Source of the DNA: a virus
Virus record (IMG/VR): IMGVR_UViG_3300045988_128829
Span: 85,817-149,816 of that record
DNA: 64,000 bases
Direction: 5' to 3' (one strand)
The notes under the pieces: generated by a model
Seen by the model: only the letters and a program-made list of their open reading frames with translations
Told to the model about the DNA's origin: nothing
The model's database searches: none
Part shown: piece by piece, positions 49,178 through 57,771 of the stretch
Layout: every line of letters starts with the position of its first letter
Position numbering within the stretch: the first letter of the stretch is position 1
Program-made: the position numbers and the translations under genes

Positions 49178-49846
49178 TTACTGCTCTTTTGATTCTTCCG
49201 GTATAGGCATGTCAAACTTTTTTCTGATAAACGACTCTGTTTCTTCATTAAACGGATAGGCCTCCTTGATAAATTTCATAGCTACTTCCAGGTCGCCGTC
49301 TGCTATATCTTTATACCTTTCAAAGATACCAACCAGGTCATTGTTATATGAACGCTCTTGTTTTATGTTGTACACGTATTTTAACACCCTGTCTTTGATT
49401 TCATTGGCTTTTTTCACAGTATCATTGAAGGATTTTATACTTTTCAATTCTGGATCTTCGTTTTCCTTGTTTACCTTATCAAACTCTTCCTTGCTATACC
49501 CCGCCTCCTCTTTAATAGCCGGGCAAACACTTTCCCCTATGATCCGAAATTGTTCATACGAGCCTGTCAGAAACCTTGATTCTGTTTTAAATGCATTATA
49601 TTTAACAAGCAAATTAGCCACCTCTGTTGCACCTTCTATGGTTCTAAAACCGATGCCGATATCTTTTAACATAAATACTGGAACTCCTGTTCTTGGATAC
49701 ACGACTTCTTTTTCGTTCTTTATATTCCAGTTTTTAGCTTCAATTGGAATACCTTTACCAGCAAGCTCTTTGTCTATATACAGATATATCTCTTTGCATG
49801 TCAATGACACAATCTCATCCCTGCTTAAATCAAAAACTGTTTTCAT
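49178..49846 (-). CDS. hypothetical protein (222 aa)
   Basis: ORF. The antisense ORF 49266..49868 was rejected. Confidence 0.55.
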   Translation of the reverse strand: MKTVFDLSRDEIVSLTCKEIYLYIDKELAGKGIPIEAKNWNIKNEKEVVYPRTGVPVFMLKDIGIGFRTIEGATEVANLLVKYNAFKTESRFLTGSYEQFRIIGESVCPAIKEEAGYSKEEFDKVNKENEDPELKSIKSFNDTVKKANEIKDRVLKYVYNIKQERSYNNDLVGIFERYKDIADGDLEVAMKFIKEAYPFNEETESFIRKKFDMPIPEESKEQ

Positions 49847-50046
49847 TTCTTTTTATTTATTAAATTAAACAATCTACCTCTTTGTTCAGGCTCCGTATAT
49901 TCCACCCATATATCGGCTGCCACATTTCTAAGAAATTCCATAAAGTCTTGATGATCCCTGTATTCAGCAGAATCAACTTTTCTCACAAAACTTAGAATTT
50001 CCTTTAACATCTTATTGTTTTCTTCAAGAAGTTCTCTGTCGGTCAT
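49843..50046 (-). CDS. hypothetical protein (67 aa)
   Basis: ORF with a 4-nt overlap. Confidence 0.4.
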   Translation of the reverse strand: MTDRELLEENNKMLKEILSFVRKVDSAEYRDHQDFMEFLRNVAADIWVEYTEPEQRGRLFNLINKKK

Positions 50047-50052
50047 AACCTT

Positions 50053-50262
50053 TCAAATTTTCTTCTTATGGTGTTGATTCTTTACCGCTCCGGCTACCGC
50101 CGACAACTCCACGTCCCTTTCCATTGTTACCCGAAGATCTTCTTCTGTTAAAGAAAAAGACATAGTTAACACAGGAGTATCCTTAAAATACCAATCACAT
50201 AATTCTTTTAACTCTTTACGTTCATCCTCGTTTTTACATTTATGAATGGTAAGGTAATTCAT
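50053..50262 (-). CDS. hypothetical protein (69 aa)
   Basis: ORF. Confidence 0.4.
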   Translation of the reverse strand: MNYLTIHKCKNEDERKELKELCDWYFKDTPVLTMSFSLTEEDLRVTMERDVELSAVAGAVKNQHHKKKI

Positions 50263-50335
50263 TCTTTCCTCTTTTTCTTTGTCTGTTAAATATTTTTTTC
50301 ATAATTCTAACTTTTAAAATTGAGTATATAATTAC

Positions 50336-50596
50336 TTAAGGTAATAGATCATCCAAATAAGCCCATGATTCCATTTCATCTAATCTGCATAAAATACATC
50401 CTGGACGGCTGGATATAAAAGTTCTGTTCTCTTCCAATATACCCATAATTGGATTCTTTGACCCTATTGTTGATTTCTTAGGGAGAAACACAATAAAACG
50501 GTGGCAATCTGGAATTACTGTTATAGAATGCCACACAGAGTTGATGCGCCACTCTGCACCAGCTTTAAAAAGAGGAATAACATATTCTTGTTCCAT
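50336..50596 (-). CDS. hypothetical protein (86 aa)
   Basis: ORF. Confidence 0.4.
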   Translation of the reverse strand: MEQEYVIPLFKAGAEWRINSVWHSITVIPDCHRFIVFLPKKSTIGSKNPIMGILEENRTFISSRPGCILCRLDEMESWAYLDDLLP

Positions 50597-50602
50597 GTCT
50601 AT

Positions 50603-51058
50603 TTAGTTTTGAATTAATGTGAAAAGAGCAATTATAGCCGCAACTGATATAATAGATAAAATAACGTTTGCCAATGCATGCTTTAAGAGGCGCCTTTCGA
50701 GATTTGCGATATGCTTTCTTAGTCCTTCGCAATGTTTTTTTGTAGATCTGGATTCTTTGAGTTCTTTGTTGTATTTTACCATATTTTTGTCGCACCATTT
50801 CATTATATCAGCACTTGCTTTGTTAAGCATATCTCTGATTTTTTTATCATCATAGAATGGTATTTCAACACCAACACAAGTATATGGACTGTATAATAAT
50901 CCGTATGTATCAAAGCACACTTTCAATGTGACAACTTCAGGCTTAGCCATTTCTTCGGCTTGTTTCTTTATCTGCTCATCTGTTGCTTCGGCTTTAGCTT
51001 TAAGCTCATTGTAGTCTTCTATATTCAGCAAAGCCATGTTTTCAAATTCTGTATTCAT
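50603..51058 (-). CDS. hypothetical protein with C-terminal TM anchor (151 aa)
   Basis: ORF. Confidence 0.5.
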   Translation of the reverse strand: MNTEFENMALLNIEDYNELKAKAEATDEQIKKQAEEMAKPEVVTLKVCFDTYGLLYSPYTCVGVEIPFYDDKKIRDMLNKASADIMKWCDKNMVKYNKELKESRSTKKHCEGLRKHIANLERRLLKHALANVILSIISVAAIIALFTLIQN

Positions 51059-51256
51059 ATCTACTATTTCTTATTTAGAGTGAATGTTTGCCAAATGCTT
51101 TATCCCAACGCCTGTTTGCTATCTGTACACGTACTACCAACGCATCACGATATTTACGGGATTAGATGGTTCTTATGTGGCGGATGTTGGTAATCCTAAC
51201 AACGCATTCGTACTGATTTTTGCAAACTGTTCATTCAATTATTATTTAATTATGTA

Positions 51257-52141
51257 TTATTTATAATCCTGATATGCACAGCTTTTAAATGCTGCTTTCA
51301 TATTGACCCACCGGGCAAAACGTCTTTGTTCGGCTGTAGGTGGTATGTTTGTGTCCAAGTCCCGGTATGCCATAGCAAAAGGGACGCATCCTAATCGATC
51401 AAGATATAAGGCTCTTCTTTCGGCATCTTCGATTTGCCCATCCTTTACAAGCATATAGAAAAACAACTTCCTGCCAGGGATCCCAGCTTCTTTCAAGTAA
51501 GCGATAGCTGTTTCCACTTCGTCTGTTATGGCAGAGTGGTCATAAGCCATCCTTATAAACTTAATCCACCTTACACGTTTTAGCAGCTTAGCAATTGATT
51601 TATCGCGAGCTATAAGCCTGCAATCTATCCCTTGATTAAAGTCTACTTTTACTTTGAGCGATATGATCTTCTCTATCTGTTGTAGTCCCCAGTCGGATGC
51701 GATCACGTTGTTATCCATCAATATCGCCGATTTACGTCCGTCCAAAAATTCTGTGATGTCAGAATGTTTCCGGATCCCACCTTCTTTACGAGGAACGATA
51801 CAGAAAGAGCATTTGTTTACACATCCGCGAGTAAGAAAACCATACGCTTCCGGGAACATTGGATATAGCGAGTAATCCGGGCATATATGTTCAATGTCTT
51901 CCGGTAACCATTGATCGAACAACTTGTATCCAGATCCACCTCTTACTACTTCATCGGCTTGTATTACCCTTTCTTCATCCAACGTAAAACCAAAAACTTT
52001 GCTAAGATAAACCCGATCGTAATAATCGATACCGGTATACCATTCTACCTGATCTCCTTTCGCCTTATGATAGGCAGACAACTTCATCAGTGCCAGGTTA
52101 GGGTAATGATGTCCGTCAACATCAATCATTCCAATCTTCAT
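51257..52141 (-). CDS. radical SAM domain protein (294 aa)
   Basis: CxxxCxxC cluster (GCVNKCSFC). The N-terminal Rossmann/B12-binding-like region starts MKIGMIDVDG. The ATG at 52141 is preferred over the upstream start of the ORF track. Confidence 0.65.
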   Translation of the reverse strand: MKIGMIDVDGHHYPNLALMKLSAYHKAKGDQVEWYTGIDYYDRVYLSKVFGFTLDEERVIQADEVVRGGSGYKLFDQWLPEDIEHICPDYSLYPMFPEAYGFLTRGCVNKCSFCIVPRKEGGIRKHSDITEFLDGRKSAILMDNNVIASDWGLQQIEKIISLKVKVDFNQGIDCRLIARDKSIAKLLKRVRWIKFIRMAYDHSAITDEVETAIAYLKEAGIPGRKLFFYMLVKDGQIEDAERRALYLDRLGCVPFAMAYRDLDTNIPPTAEQRRFARWVNMKAAFKSCAYQDYK

Positions 52142-52165
52142 GATCTCACATTTATTTAAGTTGTT

Positions 52166-52189
52166 GCTCCCGACATTTGAGACGGGAGC
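52166..52189 (-). other. perfect 7-bp hairpin (GCTCCCG/CGGGAGC) in the leader of the radical SAM gene
   Basis: Inverted repeat with a 10-nt loop between the stop at 52199 and the start at 52141. Confidence 0.35.
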
Positions 52190-52198
52190 AAACAATAA

Positions 52199-52597
52199 CT
52201 ACTTTTTCATTAATTCAATGCGGGTTCTTAAAGTCAATAAATAGTCGTGCATTTCGATTTTCTGCTGCTCCATCAGTGCTACTTGCATTTCACCGGCTAT
52301 TTCAACTGCTTCTTTTCGTCCAAGGAACAATACCAATTTATTATACTTTTCCATCAATTCATTGTATTCAATACACATACGATCAAGAGGAGTTTCGGCC
52401 ACTTTGTATGCTCTTTCAAACACATCTTTTGGTGACCAGCTTTCATATCCATCTTCGTAACGAACGTGATAACCTTGCTCGGTTTCTTCATGGTTATCAA
52501 TACTCTTGCCATAGGGGTTTCTACCCGTTTTTTGGACGAAGTCACCTAATGTCATCGCTTCTGCCTCAATAAGTTTTGTCCCAATATACTTTTTCAT
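52199..52597 (-). CDS. hypothetical protein (132 aa)
   Basis: ORF. Confidence 0.5.
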   Translation of the reverse strand: MKKYIGTKLIEAEAMTLGDFVQKTGRNPYGKSIDNHEETEQGYHVRYEDGYESWSPKDVFERAYKVAETPLDRMCIEYNELMEKYNKLVLFLGRKEAVEIAGEMQVALMEQQKIEMHDYLLTLRTRIELMKK

Positions 52598-52653
52598 ATT
52601 ATATTACGGTTTGCCTATACACCATAAGGTTCTAATTACAATTTATTTAAATA

Positions 52654-52869
52654 TTATTTTAAATCATCAATTTCATAACTCCAACTCATCGCATCTTTTT
52701 CTATGATGTTATCAGCAAGCCATCCAGCTGCAATGGAATCTTCAGGAACTTCCCACGCTCCGCTATCGTAGTTTTCTATTAGATCATCATATACTTCTTC
52801 TGGAACTTCTATATCCTCTAAGCCTACTGTGTAAGTAACCGTTACGGTCAAATTCTTTATAGTTTTCAT
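52654..52869 (-). CDS. small acidic protein (71 aa)
   Basis: ORF. Confidence 0.4.
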   Translation of the reverse strand: MKTIKNLTVTVTYTVGLEDIEVPEEVYDDLIENYDSGAWEVPEDSIAAGWLADNIIEKDAMSWSYEIDDLK

Positions 52870-52882
52870 GACTCAATTATAT

Positions 52883-53110
52883 TTAGTTTGTTTTTTGGGC
52901 ACTCCAAACATTATAATCAGATTCAGGCAATTCAATAATATTCAAAATTACAATCTCAGCATTTTCACATTCAAGTGTAGATGCTATCTGCTCTATTGCT
53001 ATCTGTCTGTTCAGGTAGCATCCATCCGTCACAAAAGTGGTTTGCCCAGAACCATGTACTTTGCCATTGCCAAAATTGTATGACACTATGAAATATCTTT
53101 TTCCGCTCAT
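52883..53110 (-). CDS. hypothetical protein (75 aa)
   Basis: ORF. Confidence 0.45.
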   Translation of the reverse strand: MSGKRYFIVSYNFGNGKVHGSGQTTFVTDGCYLNRQIAIEQIASTLECENAEIVILNIIELPESDYNVWSAQKTN

Positions 53111-53126
53111 ATTTTTTTTAGTTGTG

Positions 53127-53291
53127 TTAGTTCTTATTGTCTTTTACTACAATAGCACATGTAACCATCATTTCGACAGAGACGACAAGAAGTCCAAGCC
53201 AAAAATTGATTTTAAAAGCCACTTCAGCCAAGACGGCAAGAAACAATATGTAACCAGCCAGACCTATTAAGCCAAAAATTTTTTTATTCAT
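53127..53291 (-). CDS. small two-TM membrane protein (54 aa; not in the ORF track because it is under 60 aa)
   Basis: The ATG at 53291 lies 2 nt after the HAD stop. MNKKIFGLIGLAGYILFLAVLAEVAFKINFWLGLLVVSVEMMVTCAIVVKDNKN. Its orientation fits the operon better than the + ORF 53037..53270. Confidence 0.4.
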   Translation of the reverse strand: MNKKIFGLIGLAGYILFLAVLAEVAFKINFWLGLLVVSVEMMVTCAIVVKDNKN

Positions 53292-53293
53292 AC

Positions 53294-53668
53294 CTATACT
53301 TTATTCAGATTCTCCTTCCATTTCTTTTCCTCATTCGTTATATATTCATAAATCTCCGGCCAGGTAGGCAGACCGCCCACCTGCTTGTCATCGATGTAGC
53401 AATGGGCATAAATCTTGCGGGGATCATCGCCATAGCGAGCGAGGTTCTGCGGTTCATGGGCATTGATGCGGTCAAAGGGGATACCTTGCTCCAAGAGCCA
53501 GTTCAGAGCATCCTCCAGCCGCTCACCCCGACGACAGGTCCATAATATAATGTAATGGCCATCGTCCTTCAATTTGTTCATCATCTCTACCGCGTATGGT
53601 TTGGGATTCCCGATTTCAGGATAGGGCCCCATTGAGAGGGTTCCGTCAAAATCAACTGCAATAATCAT
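53294..53668 (-). CDS. small HAD-superfamily phosphatase (124 aa)
   Basis: N-terminal DxDGT motif (VDFDGTL). GC-rich codons, except the last ~20 codons, which are AT-rich (composition junction). Confidence 0.65.
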   Translation of the reverse strand: MIIAVDFDGTLSMGPYPEIGNPKPYAVEMMNKLKDDGHYIILWTCRRGERLEDALNWLLEQGIPFDRINAHEPQNLARYGDDPRKIYAHCYIDDKQVGGLPTWPEIYEYITNEEKKWKENLNKV

Positions 53669-54231
53669 ACCCCGTCCTCCATTTTATTGGCTGCCTTGAT
53701 TTCATACTTGTCGTAATAGACCCGTTCACGGTCGGTGAAGCAGCGGTCTGAGATCAGGTCGAGAAGCTTCATGAAGTTCAGCTCATTGCCGACGCGCAGG
53801 TCGGCTCCCTCGAAGAATACCCTTACGAACTCACGATAAGCCTTGATGGCACGGATCAGCTCTCCCTTGCGGTGTTCCCATTCGGGGACGGGCTTGAAGC
53901 CCCGGTCGCTGAAGTAGGCAAAAAACATCTCGATATGATAGATCGCCAGGTCGGCCTCGTTGAGCGACAAGTGCAGGATCTTACCGAAAAAAGCCCGTTC
54001 GGCTCGATCCATATTGCGGTTGTCGTCGTGGAACTGTTGGTCGATCCGGGAGTCTTCAAGCTCCTTTTTCAAATGTGCTATGCGCTGCATGGCCTGCTGA
54101 TGGCGGGCGTAGTTCCGGTTTCGGAGACAGGAGGCGGCATCATTCATCGCCTCACGCAGCTCCTGCTCGATCAGAAAGACCGGGCGGCATTTGTGCCGAT
54201 TGGCGGCACAGGATTGTTTCTTCTTTTTCAT
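53665..54231 (-). CDS. hypothetical protein (188 aa), Mu-like early region
   Basis: GC-rich ORF coupled to its neighbours. Confidence 0.55.
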   Translation of the reverse strand: MKKKKQSCAANRHKCRPVFLIEQELREAMNDAASCLRNRNYARHQQAMQRIAHLKKELEDSRIDQQFHDDNRNMDRAERAFFGKILHLSLNEADLAIYHIEMFFAYFSDRGFKPVPEWEHRKGELIRAIKAYREFVRVFFEGADLRVGNELNFMKLLDLISDRCFTDRERVYYDKYEIKAANKMEDGV

Positions 54232-54232
54232 C

Positions 54233-54775
54233 TTAAAATAATTTAGGTTCTTTTGATTCGTTGATATACTCCAAAAGAAGGTAGTCCAACTGTTGTACCT
54301 CCCAGTTGATGCCGGGGCGGTTCCGATAGAGGTTACGGATCAGCCGTCGGCATTCTTCGGGCATGAGGCCCGAGTCGAGCTTCGCCATCGGGAGGTTGAT
54401 ACGGTCGAGTGTGATGGTCGAGGCTTGCAAGATTTTCGCATTGCCTTTCCATATACCTTTCAAATAGATTTGCTTCACTGCCCCGATGGCATTCCTGACC
54501 GGATGATGCAGGCGGATCGTCGTGAAACAGCGGCAGTTCAACTTGCCATTGAAGTTCTCTTCAAATTCCAATCGTTCGTCCATGACTTTGTAATATTTTC
54601 CTGTTTGTTGTTTGCATTTGAAACAATAGACCATCCACTTGTTCGAAGTCCTCACCACCCGGCAGACGGTGTACCTGAAACCACAGGGGCAGACGTATAT
54701 CCAGCGACCGGGGGTGAGGGTAGTGGATTTTACCCGTTTTACAGTCGGTTGAACGACGGTTCGAGTTTCTTCCAT
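54233..54775 (-). CDS. Cys-rich/zinc-binding hypothetical protein (180 aa)
   Basis: CPCGFRY...CFKC and CRC motifs. Confidence 0.55.
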   Translation of the reverse strand: MEETRTVVQPTVKRVKSTTLTPGRWIYVCPCGFRYTVCRVVRTSNKWMVYCFKCKQQTGKYYKVMDERLEFEENFNGKLNCRCFTTIRLHHPVRNAIGAVKQIYLKGIWKGNAKILQASTITLDRINLPMAKLDSGLMPEECRRLIRNLYRNRPGINWEVQQLDYLLLEYINESKEPKLF

Positions 54776-55383
54776 ACGCCCATCTTGTCTTTCTCGAAGA
54801 AATAGAAGTTGGTCGCCGTCCCTTCGACCAGGTGTGACTCCTTGAAAAGGTTCATGATCGCGGTATATTCGGGATCATCGAACTTATCTTCCAACTCGTA
54901 GAGTTTCGAGATCGACTTATAGTCGAGATCACCATACTTGTTGCGCTCCAAAAGCGTCATCGCCAACTGGTACATCGGGTCGTCGCTTCCGGCATCCTTA
55001 CCCTCGATCCACTGCTGCAGGAACTCGATCAGGCGCGAAGCGGCGATATCGGCACGCTCATCAAAACGTTTCACTTTGTTTGACCTCACTTCGATACGGA
55101 AGCACCCCTCCTGGACGGTGAACGACATCTGTCCCTCGCGGCGCAACTGGCCGTACTCGGCGAGCACTTGGCGGAACGCTCCGATTTCATCCACGCAAAA
55201 AGCGTGCAGCCCTTTCACTTCGTCGCACACGGAACGCACTTTGTTTTCAACTTTCTGTACTAATTCAGCACGGATGCCTTCATAGGCGGCACGTTTGTCC
55301 AACGCCTGGCGGTGTTCTTCTTCTCTCTTTTTTGCCAATAATGCTTCTAAATCTTTACTTGTCAGTTTGCTTAAATCTTCCAT
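54739..55383 (-). CDS. coiled-coil hypothetical protein (214 aa), Mu-like early gene
   Basis: GC-rich ORF in an operon with the A/B genes. Confidence 0.55.
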   Translation of the reverse strand: MEDLSKLTSKDLEALLAKKREEEHRQALDKRAAYEGIRAELVQKVENKVRSVCDEVKGLHAFCVDEIGAFRQVLAEYGQLRREGQMSFTVQEGCFRIEVRSNKVKRFDERADIAASRLIEFLQQWIEGKDAGSDDPMYQLAMTLLERNKYGDLDYKSISKLYELEDKFDDPEYTAIMNLFKESHLVEGTATNFYFFEKDKMGVWKKLEPSFNRL

Positions 55384-55401
55384 GATTTTTTGATTTATGA
55401 A

Positions 55402-55653
55402 TTATGAATTTGATTTATGTTTGTATTTCATGTATTCGCTACGGAGAAAGGTAAGCGACTGTTCAAGTTGCTCGATCTCCTCTTCCCATTCGCGAAGCAG
55501 GCGGCGCTGTGCCTCCATGTCGGGTGTGGCGCGTGTGAGCAGCATATCGGCAAGAAATGCTGCGTCGTCCTTCAGTTTCTCCTGCCGGCGACGGATCTGC
55601 CGTCCACGCCGCTCGATCTCTTCCAGTTTGTCCTTTATTGGAATGTAACCCAT
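55402..55653 (-). CDS. small coiled-coil protein (83 aa)
   Basis: ORF. Confidence 0.45.
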   Translation of the reverse strand: MGYIPIKDKLEEIERRGRQIRRRQEKLKDDAAFLADMLLTRATPDMEAQRRLLREWEEEIEQLEQSLTFLRSEYMKYKHKSNS

Positions 55654-55659
55654 AGCTCC

Positions 55660-56154
55660 TTAGTTTTTGCCGACAGGGTGGTCCAGTTCAGGGTTACCCT
55701 CTATGCCTACGCTGTTGCGCTTACGATAGAGGTTGTAGATGGCTGTCAGTTTGTCGTCCGGTATTGCGTTGAAGTTGCCGCAATTGGCCGCCCGACAGGC
55801 GATGCCTTTCACATACATCAACTTATGCCGGTCGTCACGAAACTTGTAGCCCAATTTGTCGACCCACTGGCAGATGGCGGCGATCACCCTTTTGGCAGAC
55901 CGGTCGCGCCGCTCCTCGTAGGCCATCAGCCTCTTTTCTCCCTTGGGCTTCATCGCATCGATCATCCGACTGTACTCCGACGGATAGTTCTCATACATCT
56001 CGTTGAGCGAGGTGGTACGCCCACCGCTATGTTCATGTACGATACCCTCCTTGATCACTTCCTTGTAACAAGGATCGTAACCCGGCGTTTCCTTCAACAA
56101 AGTCCAGAAGAGGGCGTGGGAATGTTTTTTCGTTTGTCTCTTGGTTGTTGCCAT
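55660..56154 (-). CDS. hypothetical protein (164 aa)
   Basis: Internal ATG at 56154 (MATTKRQTKK...) of track ORF 55660..56493. The longer N-terminal extension would overlap the next gene by 320 nt in another frame. Confidence 0.55.
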   Translation of the reverse strand: MATTKRQTKKHSHALFWTLLKETPGYDPCYKEVIKEGIVHEHSGGRTTSLNEMYENYPSEYSRMIDAMKPKGEKRLMAYEERRDRSAKRVIAAICQWVDKLGYKFRDDRHKLMYVKGIACRAANCGNFNAIPDDKLTAIYNLYRKRNSVGIEGNPELDHPVGKN

Positions 56155-56173
56155 ACTGTATTGTTTCTGAATG

Positions 56174-56812
56174 TTATTTAACTTGATCAAAATCCTGTCC
56201 GTAGTAAAGAACTGCCTTCTCCTCCCAGATGATGAAGGGGTGCGACTTCTGTCCGTGGTCAAGGTAACGGCTGGCAGCCACGGCACGGAAACCCTCCACG
56301 TAAATCTTGCACGAACAGTCGTAACGGATGCTGTCGGCCACACCACCCTTGGGGTTCTTGCCGTCGGCGTGACTGATGAAGATGAAGAGCTTACGGGGGA
56401 AGCGGGAACGCAGGTCGCGATAGGTATCGTAGTCGATGCGGGCATATTGCAAGGAGTCGATGATAACGATATCCCAACTCTTCGGCTTTGCAAGTTTTTC
56501 TACCATCTCATCGAAGTTCATGTCCAGGAGCACCACCCGTCCGTTCACTTCCATCATTCCGGCATCCTGAAATGAACGTTGCAGTGAGAGGCTGTCGCCC
56601 TCCTCCAACGAGAGGTAGGCGACACGGCCGAACTCGGCGAGATACTTCGCCAGACGACAGGTGAAGGTGGTTTTCCCTGATCCCGACTGTCCCCAGATGA
56701 TCCATGCGCCTTGCGGTTCGGGACGGCCCAGCAGATGATAGAACGACCCGCTGAAATCCATTGCCTTTTTCCTTTCCTGCAGGAATTGTTTTATGCCTAA
56801 GATCTTTCCCAT
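56174..56812 (-). CDS. P-loop NTPase, RecA-like/AAA_24-type (212 aa)
   Basis: Walker A GQSGSGKTT and Walker B IVIIDSL. Confidence 0.6.
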   Translation of the reverse strand: MGKILGIKQFLQERKKAMDFSGSFYHLLGRPEPQGAWIIWGQSGSGKTTFTCRLAKYLAEFGRVAYLSLEEGDSLSLQRSFQDAGMMEVNGRVVLLDMNFDEMVEKLAKPKSWDIVIIDSLQYARIDYDTYRDLRSRFPRKLFIFISHADGKNPKGGVADSIRYDCSCKIYVEGFRAVAASRYLDHGQKSHPFIIWEEKAVLYYGQDFDQVK

Positions 56813-56814
56813 CG

Positions 56815-57747
56815 CTACATCTGTCCGAATTGGTTAGCGATCTGTTCACGTTTCACGAGTCGCATCAGCCGGCGCAGGTCTTCGCAGAAAAACAGGTTCT
56901 TCTCCTTGGTCTCGCCCCGTTTGTTGGTTACTTTCACGTAGCGCTTGATCTTGTCAACCTCGTTCCAGATACGGTCGGCGGTGGCATCGTCCAATCCGTT
57001 GGCGGTGCAGATTTCCTTTACATCCTGCTCGGTGGCTCCGGGTAATTCGATGTAGCTGCGTCCCAAGCGGCTGTCGATTTCGTCATAGCCTTTGGTGTTG
57101 TTACGCACACCACGGGCGATCTCTTTATGCAGGTTCTCCGTACCGGCAAGCACACAGCCCAAACGGTGCTCGGTACGGTTGTAGAGGGGGATCAGCTTGC
57201 GGAAGGCGGCCGGCTTCAGCTTGTCGGCTTCATCAATGATCAGTACCGGGTGATCACCGGCCATACCGTTGAAATATTCCGCTATCATCTTCAGCAAGGT
57301 AGGAATATCGGTATAGCCTCGCTTGGGTACACCGCAGGTGCGTTCGGCCAGCTCAACGAGGAACTGCCTGGAGTTCCACTCCTCTGCCTGGATGAAGACA
57401 ACCGAGCCGGTGAGATCCTGGTTGAAGAGGTGTTCCAAGGTTTGTGTCTTGCCACTTCCCGCCTTATTCGAGATTGCCATCCACAAAGCCTGCTGCTTGC
57501 AGGAGCGGTAAACAAACTCGATCTTGCGGTAGTTCTGGATGGTGGTCACCACCTGCCAACCGTCTTCCTGATAGCCTAAAGTGGAGGCGATGCGTTTTTC
57601 CAGCTCGGCGCTGTTCGCGCCGTACTTCCCGTTCATCCATTGGCTAAGGGCGGTACCTGATATACCACATTTCTCTGCAACCTTACTCTGTGATCCAAGC
57701 CGGGTGATCCAGTCACCTACGTGTTTCAATAATCCGTTTCTGTTCAT
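56815..57747 (-). CDS. MuB-like transposition AAA+ ATPase with N-terminal HTH (310 aa)
   Basis: N-terminal HTH (SKVAEKCGISGTALSQW), Walker A NKAGSGKTQ and Walker B VLIIDEADKL. Size and architecture match MuB/TniB. Lies directly downstream of the DDE transposase. Confidence 0.75.
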   Translation of the reverse strand: MNRNGLLKHVGDWITRLGSQSKVAEKCGISGTALSQWMNGKYGANSAELEKRIASTLGYQEDGWQVVTTIQNYRKIEFVYRSCKQQALWMAISNKAGSGKTQTLEHLFNQDLTGSVVFIQAEEWNSRQFLVELAERTCGVPKRGYTDIPTLLKMIAEYFNGMAGDHPVLIIDEADKLKPAAFRKLIPLYNRTEHRLGCVLAGTENLHKEIARGVRNNTKGYDEIDSRLGRSYIELPGATEQDVKEICTANGLDDATADRIWNEVDKIKRYVKVTNKRGETKEKNLFFCEDLRRLMRLVKREQIANQFGQM

Positions 57748-57771
57748 ATCGTGTCTGTTTTTTTATATCGT

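Noticed and set aside
49266-49868. + strand 200-aa ORF
   Set aside because: Antisense to a better-formed - strand gene (49178..49846) that fits the operon. Its product is Ser/Leu-rich low complexity.
53037-53270. + strand 77-aa ORF with a TM segment
   Set aside because: It is the mirror image of the - strand small membrane gene (53127..53291), which is start-coupled to the HAD gene. The - strand version was preferred.
55660-56493. 277-aa version of the ORF, overlapping the P-loop ATPase gene (56174..56812) by 320 nt
   Set aside because: The N-terminal 113 residues are a Ser/Thr/Pro/Val-rich read-through of the neighbouring gene in another frame. The internal ATG at 56154 gives a compact 164-aa gene without overlap.
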